Shown here one piece after another: positions 18,442-26,900 of a DNA stretch of 64,000 bases (its first letter is position 1; the number at the start of each line of letters is the position of its first letter). A model generated the notes under the pieces. It did no database searches. It was not told the origin of the DNA and worked only from the letters and a program-made list of their open reading frames with translations. Location: assembly GCA_044506615.1 (NCBI GenBank), contig JBIQKJ010000005.1:568-64567 (forward strand), given 5' to 3'. Made by a program: the position numbers and the translations under genes. The stretch comes from Chloroflexota bacterium (GTDB lineage: Bacteria > Chloroflexota > Limnocylindria > Limnocylindrales > CSP1-4).

Positions 18442-18495
18442 CCGGTGGGCGCCGGACTACGGCATCCGGTGGGCGCCGGACTACGGCATCCGGTG
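18442..18495. repeat. 24-bp tandem repeat x2.25 in a divergent promoter region
   Basis: CCGGTGGGCGCCGGACTACGGCAT at 18442-18465 and 18466-18489, then CCGGTG. Confidence 0.9.
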
Positions 18496-18579
18496 CGGAT
18501 CGCACCCCCCGACCGTTCAGGCCGGCCCGTACCACTGGATGGCTGGCGCGCATCGGCCGTGGGCGCCACAGTCCGGCGC

Positions 18580-18786
18580 ATGAAGAAGCGCGTTCTCGCC
18601 GCGTTCCTGTGGTTCTACGTCGGCTGGTATGCCGGGGCGTTCGTCGTGGCCTTCCTCGGCATCAGCCCCGCGTTCGGTCCGATCCTCGGGGTCGCCGCGG
18701 CCGGCCTCGTGGTCGGTGACCCGCGCCGCATCATCTGGACCGCGCCGTCGGCGCGGGCCGGGGAGCCCGCAAGCGAGCCCGCGTAG
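18580..18786 (+). CDS. Small membrane protein (68 aa)
   Basis: MKKRVLAAFLWFYVGWY..., two TM segments. Probably leaderless (CACAGT 7 nt upstream). Confidence 0.75.
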   Translation: MKKRVLAAFLWFYVGWYAGAFVVAFLGISPAFGPILGVAAAGLVVGDPRRIIWTAPSARAGEPASEPA

Positions 18787-18809
18787 TCACTCCGTCGGGC
18801 GACACATGA

Positions 18810-18840
18810 AAGAGCCGGGTGCCTGTCGCACCCGGCTCTT
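18810..18840. terminator. Bidirectional hairpin terminator
   Basis: AAGAGCCGGGTGC-CTGTC-GCACCCGGCTCTT, 13-bp stem between convergent genes. Confidence 0.8.
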
Positions 18841-18868
18841 CCCTTCCCCCGGATCGTTCGCCGGAAGG

Positions 18869-19858
18869 TCAGTTGACCAGCTTCAGGCTGTACGACCCGA
18901 GATAGCGCGGGCAGTCGTCGAACGCGCAGTTCACGGTCAGCCGCTGGCTCAGGAACGGGCTCACGAAGTAGCCGTTGACCTTCTTCGAGCTGCCGCCTTC
19001 AGCCGACGTGACGTGGAAGGTCGCCCATCCCATGAAGTTCCCGTTGAGGTCGACCACCGGGACCGGCACGTCCTTGCCCGACAGGCACTTGTTCACGCTG
19101 CCCTGGTGCGAGCAGTCGTTGTTGTTGTCGAACAGCGTCGTGTGGTTGCCGTTGTTGTGCTGGCCGATGTACTCGCCGAACTCGATGGTCTTCTCGATGA
19201 CCAGCGAACCTTCGAGGATGTTCTTCACCTCGTTGCTGTTGACGTTGCCGGTGCCGAAGTTGGTCCAGGCAAAGTCGCTCCCGCCGGTCGGGGCGTGGTT
19301 GTTCGTGTCGCCGAAGGCGAATGGAGCGCTCGGGTTCGCATACTGCGGGAGCGGCTGACCGTCGCTGTCGAAGGCTTCGATGCTGAAGATCATCGGAGCG
19401 ATCCCGGTCGCCGTGTCCGGGAACCCCGTCTGTGCCGTCGCGGTCGTCGAAACCGTCCACTGGTTCATCCCGACGATCGTCGCGAAGCTGTTCTGGTGCG
19501 GCGCCGAGATGTCGACGGTGACCGACGCACCGTTCGTCAGATCGATCCCGACGTTCACCGTCACGCCGCCGGCGCCGTGGGTGTACCCGTTGGCGGTCGC
19601 CGAAGCTCGCGCAGCGGAGATCGCAGCGGCGGACCGGGTTGACGGCTGGTCGTAGTTGACGATGAACGCATTGGCCCCTGCGAGGGCCGCGAGATCCGCG
19701 GCGCTCTGCTCGTTGCGGCGCTGCGCGTAGGCGGAGCCACCGTCGAGCACGAGGCCGACCATCGCGATCATCGCGACGAGACCGAGCGCGAACAGGACGA
19801 TGATCTGGCCCCGTTCGTCGTTGCGCCCCCGAAGGGTGCGCGAGGAGTGCATGCGCAT
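18869..19858 (-). CDS. tadG: TadG-like pilus assembly/tip protein (cassette C)
   Basis: RGQIIVLFALGL...LVLDGG...QSAADLAALAGA. Close paralog of the cassette A TadG (shared PVPVV...GW...GYFVSP). Confidence 0.88.
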   Translation of the reverse strand: MRMHSSRTLRGRNDERGQIIVLFALGLVAMIAMVGLVLDGGSAYAQRRNEQSAADLAALAGANAFIVNYDQPSTRSAAAISAARASATANGYTHGAGGVTVNVGIDLTNGASVTVDISAPHQNSFATIVGMNQWTVSTTATAQTGFPDTATGIAPMIFSIEAFDSDGQPLPQYANPSAPFAFGDTNNHAPTGGSDFAWTNFGTGNVNSNEVKNILEGSLVIEKTIEFGEYIGQHNNGNHTTLFDNNNDCSHQGSVNKCLSGKDVPVPVVDLNGNFMGWATFHVTSAEGGSSKKVNGYFVSPFLSQRLTVNCAFDDCPRYLGSYSLKLVN

Positions 19859-19880
19859 CTGGGTGTTCCCTTCCATGGGG

Positions 19881-20303
19881 CTACTGGATCTCGATCGTGC
19901 TGCTGCCCTTCATCTGGAACGGCCCGAGGCCACCCAGGAGCGGGGTCAGCACGGTGAATGGAGCGGTCACCTCGACCCGCACGAGGTCGCCCGGCAGGCA
20001 CCCCGAGGCCTTGGTGACGGGCGGCGTGCCGGGCGTCATGCAGGTGAAGACAGGGTTCTGCATCCCCGGGACGAGTGCCTTCTGGGTGTTCGTCGTGGCG
20101 GTGACGGCCGAGCTCGAGCCGAGCGGGCTTCCCGGATGGACGCTCGCCGTCCGGGCGACCTCGCGGGCCGCCTGCGACACGCCGTTGTACACGTAGATGC
20201 CGCGGCCGAAGTCGACGATACCCATCACCAGGACGAGGAACACGATGATCGCGAGGGCGAACTCGACCAGCGCCTGACCGCGACGCGTCCGGCGCCCGCT
20301 CAT
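19881..20303 (-). CDS. tadE: TadE-family pseudopilin (cassette C)
   Basis: [10 protein letters not shown]...DFGR...QAAREVAR. Confidence 0.9.
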   Translation of the reverse strand: MSGRRTRRGQALVEFALAIIVFLVLVMGIVDFGRGIYVYNGVSQAAREVARTASVHPGSPLGSSSAVTATTNTQKALVPGMQNPVFTCMTPGTPPVTKASGCLPGDLVRVEVTAPFTVLTPLLGGLGPFQMKGSSTIEIQ

Positions 20304-21202
20304 GGCTTCACCGACTTCGTCACGCTGTGCGTGCCCGCCGAGTTCGAGACCGTGAGCGTCACGTTCTTCGAGCTCGCGTTCCCGAACGTGTACGTGGGGT
20401 TCTGCTGCGATGACGCGCCGCTGCCATCACCGAAGTTCCACGACCAGATGAGCCCGCATGTCGGCTCGTTCATGTGGGTCGACGTGTCCGTAAATGCGAC
20501 CGTCTTGTTGCCGAGGCTCTGCGAACTGAAGTTCGCCACCGGAGTCACGCATGGCAGCGGCGTCGGCGTGGGAGTCGGAGACGGCGACGGTGTCGGGCTC
20601 GGGCTGGGCCCGGTCGTCGGGGTGGCCGTCGGCGTCGGCGAGGGCGTCGGGGTCGGCGTCGGCGACGGCGACGGAGTGGGGGTCGCGAGCGTCCCCGAGA
20701 TCGTGGGGGCTGTCCGGATCTGGGCAACGGCCACGCCGTCGAAGGTCACGTCCTGCCCGCCCGTGAACGCCGCCAGGAGCGGTGTGATCAGCCGGAAGTG
20801 TCCCGTGACGCTGACGGTGACGGTGTTGCCGAGCCCCGCTGCGCAGCTGGAGGGGCTGCACGTGCGGGTCACGTCGGTGTGGCTGACCGTGACGAACCCG
20901 CCCTGAGCCTCGGTCGTGACGCGGCACATGACCTTGTTGTTGGGTCCGCACGGCGAGCCGGCCTGCCAAGCGGTCGCATCGTCCCCGAGCGCCGCAGCGA
21001 CCATCGCCCCTTCTCGGGCGGCATTCTCCACCGTGATCCGGGCATAGAAGATCCGCCCGAGGTCGAGGGCTGCGACCATCAACAGGAGGAGGATCGGCAC
21101 CACGAGCGCGAGCTCGACAAGTGCCTGGCCGCGCGGCGTGCGCGGACGATGGCGGACGTCGCGAGCTGCGCGCACGCGCAGTCGCCAACCGAATGGCTGC
21201 AT
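20300..21202 (-). CDS. tadE: TadE-family pseudopilin with PT-rich linker and PKD domain (cassette C)
   Basis: [10 protein letters not shown]...NAAREGA; (PS/PT)n linker; WSWNFGDG...QNPTYTF...VTLTVSN. Start uncertain. Confidence 0.88.
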   Translation of the reverse strand: MQPFGWRLRVRAARDVRHRPRTPRGQALVELALVVPILLLLMVAALDLGRIFYARITVENAAREGAMVAAALGDDATAWQAGSPCGPNNKVMCRVTTEAQGGFVTVSHTDVTRTCSPSSCAAGLGNTVTVSVTGHFRLITPLLAAFTGGQDVTFDGVAVAQIRTAPTISGTLATPTPSPSPTPTPTPSPTPTATPTTGPSPSPTPSPSPTPTPTPLPCVTPVANFSSQSLGNKTVAFTDTSTHMNEPTCGLIWSWNFGDGSGASSQQNPTYTFGNASSKNVTLTVSNSAGTHSVTKSVKP

Positions 21203-21261
21203 ATGGGTCCCCGGCGGTGAAGCCCGAAGATGGTCGGGCGACCAATGAGATCGACAGGATA

Positions 21262-21293
21262 GTCTTGCAAGAACCTTGCAGCCAACCTTGCAA
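21262..21293 (-). promoter_or_regulatory. Three tandem CTTGCA repeats (11/12-bp period) upstream of cassette C
   Basis: CTTGCA at 21264, 21275 and 21287. The last two extend to AACCTTGCA. TATCCT -10-like box just downstream on the minus strand. Confidence 0.6.
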
Positions 21294-21396
21294 TGCTGCT
21301 AGGTAGCACCATCCGTTGGTACCGAAGTCGGGTCGGGCAGGGACCTCCTCGCGGTGCGCGGCGGCGCCAGCCCGAAGTCAGACGGACGATCCCGCC

Positions 21397-22854
21397 TCAG
21401 CCCTCGCTGGCGTGCTCCGCGGGGAGGTACACGCTGAAGGACGCCCCGCGCCCGGTGACGTTCGGCTCGAGCACGAGATCTCCAGCCATCGCTCGGCACA
21501 GCTCCCGCGACACGAACAAGCCGAGCCCGCTGCCCTCGTCCGGTCCGGTCTCGGCCCCGCGGACGAAGCGGCCGAAGAGCCGGTCGCGGTCGGCCTCGGC
21601 GACGCCGGGCCCGCCGTCGGTGATCGTGAGCCGAAGGCGTTCGGTGGCCGCGTCGGGCGCGACCTCGATCGACACGGGCGCCCCGCGCCCGTACTTCACC
21701 GCGTTGTCGAGCAGCGCCCACAGCACCTGGTCGAGCTGATCGGGGTCGGCGATCGCGAGCCACCCGCTCGACCGGTCCTCGAGCCTGAACGGGGTCTCGG
21801 TCGAACCCATCGCCTCCCACGTGCGCTTGGTCCGCGCTGCCACGTTGACGACCTCGCTGCGCGGCTTCAGCGCACCCGACTCGAGGCGCGTGACCGTCAA
21901 CAGCTGCCGAACCATCCGCGATAGCCGCTCCGACTGCTCCCCGATGACCTCGAGCCGACGATCCGGTCGGTCGCGGCGGAGCTGATCGGCGTGCGCGCGG
22001 ATGCTCGTGAGCGGCGTCTGCAGGTTGTGGCTCACGCCGCGGAGGAAGTCGTCCTTCGCCGCGTCGAGCTCGAGCAACTGCTGGTTCTGCGCCTCGACGC
22101 GCTCGAACAGCTGGGCATTCCGGATCGCGACCGCCATCTCGCTTGCGAACAGGTCGAGCAGATCCTGGTCGGCACGGGCCCACGGCCGGAGCGGCGGCAG
22201 ATGCCCGATCAACACGCCGAGGCTCTCGTCGCCGGCGCGCAGGATCGCGCGCAGCGGCCGCTGCTCTCCGGGGACCACCTCCTCGATCGGGACCGTCGCC
22301 GGGTCGCCGAGCAGGACGCGGGCATCGAGCAGGTCGAACGCGCGCTTCGCCTCGCTCGCCGTCCGACCGACGAGGAACGAGACGCCATCGCGCGGCGACA
22401 CGTCGACGATCGCCTCGAGGATGCGCGCCAACTGCCGGTCCCGTCGCTCCAGATCGGCGGCGAGCCGGTTGTGGCTCTCAGCGAGCCGGGCCAGCTCGTC
22501 GTCTCCTACGGCAGTGATCGGGGTCGTCAGGTCGCCTGCCGACACGCGATCGACGGCGGCCGCGATCGCCCGCAAGGGCCGCGTCAGGTCGGTCGCGATG
22601 AGGTACGAGGCGACGATCGCGATGAGGACCGTCACGGCCATCGCGAACAGCAGGATCCGCCCGAGCGTCGGGTCCGACGAGCCGCCCACGACATTCGCAG
22701 CCAGCGCAACGATGCCGAACGCCGCCAGCGGCAGGACGGCCAGCGCGATCAGGGCGGCCGTCAGGCGTGTTCGGAAGGAGAAGCCGCGAGGCGGGGGTTC
22801 GGGGCCGAGCTCCTCGTGGAGGTCGAGCTCGAGGTCGGGGGGCGCTTCAGCCAT
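21397..22854 (-). CDS. Membrane sensor histidine kinase (2TM-HAMP-GAF-HisKA-HATPase)
   Basis: HAMP (TRPLRAI...GDL...DELARLAESHN), H-box VSHNLQTPL, DNAVKY, DGGPG, GSGLGL. Confidence 0.92.
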   Translation of the reverse strand: MAEAPPDLELDLHEELGPEPPPRGFSFRTRLTAALIALAVLPLAAFGIVALAANVVGGSSDPTLGRILLFAMAVTVLIAIVASYLIATDLTRPLRAIAAAVDRVSAGDLTTPITAVGDDELARLAESHNRLAADLERRDRQLARILEAIVDVSPRDGVSFLVGRTASEAKRAFDLLDARVLLGDPATVPIEEVVPGEQRPLRAILRAGDESLGVLIGHLPPLRPWARADQDLLDLFASEMAVAIRNAQLFERVEAQNQQLLELDAAKDDFLRGVSHNLQTPLTSIRAHADQLRRDRPDRRLEVIGEQSERLSRMVRQLLTVTRLESGALKPRSEVVNVAARTKRTWEAMGSTETPFRLEDRSSGWLAIADPDQLDQVLWALLDNAVKYGRGAPVSIEVAPDAATERLRLTITDGGPGVAEADRDRLFGRFVRGAETGPDEGSGLGLFVSRELCRAMAGDLVLEPNVTGRGASFSVYLPAEHASEG

Positions 22855-23584
22855 TGCCGGCGTCGCCGTTCGTGCGGACGAGCCGGTACCCGACGCCGCG
22901 GACCGTGAGCAGGTGCACGGGGCGGTTCGGATCGACCTCGATCTTCTGCCGCAGCCGGCGCATGGTCACCCACACGTACGAGGGGTCGGCGTCCTCGGTC
23001 TCCGCCCATCCCCTCGCGAGCAGCGTCTCGGTCGAGACGACCTGGCCGAGGTTCGCGGCGAGCGCGTAGAGCAGACGGGACTCGGTCGGGGTGAGCTGGA
23101 CGGTCGTGCCGGCGACCGTTGCCTCGCGGCGATGGAGCTCGAGCGTCAGGTCCGGCCCGAGGACGAGGCTCTGGCGCGGCACCTTGTCGCCGAGGCGCCG
23201 CATGACCCGATTGATTCGGGCGCGCAGCTCCGGGTAGTGGTATGGCTTGGTGACGTAGTCCTCGGCCACCTCCTCGAGCAGGTCGGCCTTGGAGTCGCCG
23301 GCGTCGATCGCGGACAGCACGATGATCGGCAGGTCGGCGCGGGCCTTGATCTCGCGAGCGAGGGACAGCCCGTCCATGCGCGGCATCATCATGTCGATGA
23401 TCAGGAGGTCGGGCCAGCTCGTCTGGAGTCGACGGAGCGCTTCGTTGCCGTCGCGCGCGGTCATGATCTCGTAGCCGTCGTCGCGGAGCTGCTCCGCGAG
23501 CAGCACGAGCAGCCCGGGGTCGTCGTCGACGATGAGGATCCGCGGTGCGCTGCCGCCCGGGGCGCCGGGCACGCCGCTCAACAT
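22847..23584 (-). CDS. OmpR-family response regulator
   Basis: ILIVDD, IIDMMMP, DYVTKPY, LTVRGVGY. Leaderless-type TACCAT 7 nt upstream. Confidence 0.94.
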   Translation of the reverse strand: MLSGVPGAPGGSAPRILIVDDDPGLLVLLAEQLRDDGYEIMTARDGNEALRRLQTSWPDLLIIDMMMPRMDGLSLAREIKARADLPIIVLSAIDAGDSKADLLEEVAEDYVTKPYHYPELRARINRVMRRLGDKVPRQSLVLGPDLTLELHRREATVAGTTVQLTPTESRLLYALAANLGQVVSTETLLARGWAETEDADPSYVWVTMRRLRQKIEVDPNRPVHLLTVRGVGYRLVRTNGDAGNG

Positions 23585-23945
23585 GGCGCCGATGGTAGCG
23601 CCGGGAGCATGGCACTCGGGCGGTGCCCGCGGACACCGGAATGCGGGCGTCCGGTGCGATTACCTACGGTAATGGTCAATCTGACGTAGTTGATTCGACC
23701 GATCGGACCCGTACCATTGGCCGTCCATTCGCGGACGTCGGCGTCATCGGCGTACGCAACAGAGGGTGCATCGGGGGCCGGGTCCTCCGCGGCGGTCGCA
23801 CTTTCAGCACTCATCGCTCTCGTTTTCGACCGTTCGCCGCGCGTCTTCGGCCAACCGCCGTTCCTGCAGCCCAGAGCGGAACGGTGCCGGGGGGTTGGGG
23901 CCGTGTTCCCGCGGCCGTCGGTGCACCGGGGAAGTGAGGACTCTG

Positions 23946-26900
23946 GTGCATCCACTCGCCGCCCGCCGATCCGTCACGTTGATTCGACTGCTCGCCTTCG
24001 TGCAGGTCTTCCTGCTCGTCGCGAGCCTCTTCGCGCCCGTCGCAGCGCTGGCCACCGAGCCGAGCGCGGATCCGGGCGGGTCTTCCGCGCCCTCCACCGA
24101 GCCGAGCGCAGAGCCGACCGCCGAGCCCACACCCGAAGCGACGCCGGAGCCCACTCCCGCGGCGTCGGTCGAGCCTGATCCGACGACGCAGCCCTCGCCG
24201 ACAGCCGAGCCTGACCCGACGCCCGAGCCCGAGCCCACGCCGGCCGGCGAGCCCGCACCCGCCGATCCTGAACCGACCTCGAACCCCGATCCGACGACCC
24301 TACCGGAGCCGAGCGCGCCGTCATTCGAGCCGTCTCCATCGACCGCCGCGCCGACGATCGCGAGCGACCTCGCGGACTACCCGCCCGGCGGCCTCGTCAC
24401 GCTCACCGGCTCCAACTGGCAGCCGGGCGAGACCGTGAACATCTTCGTCAACGACGACTGGGGCAGCTCCTGGAGCCGGAATGTGGACGTCGTCGCTGAT
24501 GCGGACGGCAACATCACGGACCAGTTCAACCTCCCGAATTGGTTTGTGGCGGAATACGCCGTAGTCGCGACAGGAGAGGTTTACGGGCGCGCGTATACCC
24601 GCTTCACCGATGGCAACGTCAAGGTGGAGGTCGAGCCGACAAACGTAACGGCGTCGATTTCCGCTGCGCTGTACTCAGGGGCAGGGTGCTCTGGCACCGC
24701 AACTTCGAAGAGCGCGCCGGGCACGATCGGCGTGGGCTCCAGCGAGTCAGTGAGGCTTGACGCGGCCGCGACGGGGGCCGCCTCGGTTGCTCCGGTCAGC
24801 CGTGCATTCGCCGGATGGACCGTCGAGTCGGGTGCCAGCTATGTCCTGATTCCCGGAACGAACGGTCGAAGCATCTGCATCTCGGGCAACTTCAATGGCA
24901 GCCGGACGGCTACCGCCTCGTACGATTCGGCCACGAACGCTCCGCCCGTAGCGAACGCTGACTCGTATTCGACGAACGAGGACGCGACCCTCACCGTCCC
25001 TGCGCCCGGTGTGCTCGGCAATGACAGCGACGCCAATGGCGACCCGCTGACCATCGCCGCGCCGCGCCCGGCCTCGGGGCCCGCGAACGGCTCCCTCACG
25101 TTGAGCGCGGACGGCTCGTTCACCTACACCCCGAACGCCAACTTCCACGGCACCGACACGTTCACGTACCAGGCGAACGACGGCAAGGTGAACTCTGCTT
25201 CGGCGGCCACCGTGACCATCACCGTCAACCCGGTGGACGATGCGCCGACAGCCGTCGGGGACAGCGCGACAGTGGCCGAAGACTCGGGCACGAACGCGAT
25301 TAACGTGCTTGCGAACGACACCGACGTCGACGGGGGCCCGAAGGCGATCGCATCGGTCACACAAGGGGCCGACGGGTCGGTCGCGATTACGGGCGGCGGG
25401 ACGGGCCTGACCTACGCGCCCGATGGGAACTTCTGCGGCGCCGACTCGTTCAGCTACACGCTCAACGGCGGTTCGACGGCGACCGTCTCCGTCGCGGTGA
25501 CGTGTCTGAATGACGACCCTGTCGCGAATGACGACAGCACGACGGTGGACGAGGACTCGGGCGCAAACGTCGTCGACGTCCTCGCCAACGACACGACCGG
25601 CCCGGACGTCGGGGAGACGCTCGAGGTCACGCTGGTGACCCAGGGCACGCATGGGACCGTCGCGGCCACGGTCGGTGGCGGAAGCGTTACCTACACGCCC
25701 GACGAGAACTACTTCGGCACCGACAGCTTCACCTATACGGTTTCGGACGGCAATGGCGGCATGGCCTCCGCGTCGGTCGACGTCACGGTCTCGCCGGTCA
25801 ACGACGCGCCGGTCGCCGACGACGACACGGCCAGCACGGCCGAGGACACCGCGCTCCTCATCGACCCGGCCGACCTGCTCGCCGGCGATAGCGACGTCGA
25901 CGGAAACACGCTCGTGGTGTCGGCCGTCGGCTCGGCGACGAACGGAACCGTCGAGCTCCTGACCGACGGCCCGGAGGCCGGCAAGATCCGGTTCGTCCCT
26001 GCCCCGAACTACAACGGCGCGGGCGCGAGCTTCGAGTACACCGTGAGCGACGGCGACCTGACCGATGTCGGCCTGGTCACGGTCACGGTCACGTCGGCCA
26101 ACGACGCGCCCGAGCTCGCCGCCGTCGGCGACCAGGTCGTCGACGAGGAGACCAATCTCTCGTTCGACGCGGACGCCGCCGACGTCGACGGGACGGACAC
26201 ACTGACCTTTAGTCTGGTCGGCGCCCCGGCAGCGGCGTCGATCGACCCGGCGACCGGCGTCTTCAGCTGGACCCCGGCCGAGGCCGACGGTCCCGACACC
26301 TTCACGTTCGACGTCTGCGCGACCGACGACGGTACGCCCCCGCTCGAGGACTGCGAGACCATTACGGTCACGGTCAACGAGGTCAACGTCGCGCCGGTGC
26401 TGGGTGCGGTCGGTGATCGCACGGTCGACGAAGGGTCGGAGCTCGCGTTCACGGCGACCGCGACCGACGCCGACATCCCGGCCAACACGCTCACGTTCAG
26501 CCTGTCGGGGGCGCCAGAGGGCGCGAGCATCGACCCGGACACGGGCGAATTCAGCTGGACCCCGACCGACGACGGCACCTACACGGTGACGGTCACCGTG
26601 ACGGACGACGGGACCGGCACCCTGTCCGACAGCGAGACGATCACGATCACCGTCGACAACGTCGCGCCGGTCGTCACGGCACCCGCCGATCAGTCGACCG
26701 GCGAGGCGACCAGCACGAGCTTCGACCTCGGCGGCTTCACTGACCCCGGCACGGACGGGCCATGGTCGGTGACGATCGACTGGGGTGACGGCTCGACCGA
26801 CACCGCCTTCTCCGAGGCGGCCCCCGGCGCCATCGCCGACCAGTTCCACACGTATGCGGACGACGGCACCTACACGGTCACGATCACGGTGCTCGAGGAC

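Noticed and set aside
18442-18495. 24-bp repeats as a mini-CRISPR
   Set aside because: The units abut with no spacers, and there are no cas genes.
20560-20690. Short tandem DNA repeats (also about 14340-14400 and 24050-24330)
   Set aside because: They simply encode Pro/Thr/Ser/Glu linkers within CDSs.
23600-23945. Possible c-di-GMP or c-di-AMP riboswitch upstream of the adhesin
   Set aside because: Hairpins are present (for example CGCCGTTCC/GGAACGGTG), but I could not find the conserved GEMM or ydaO core motifs.
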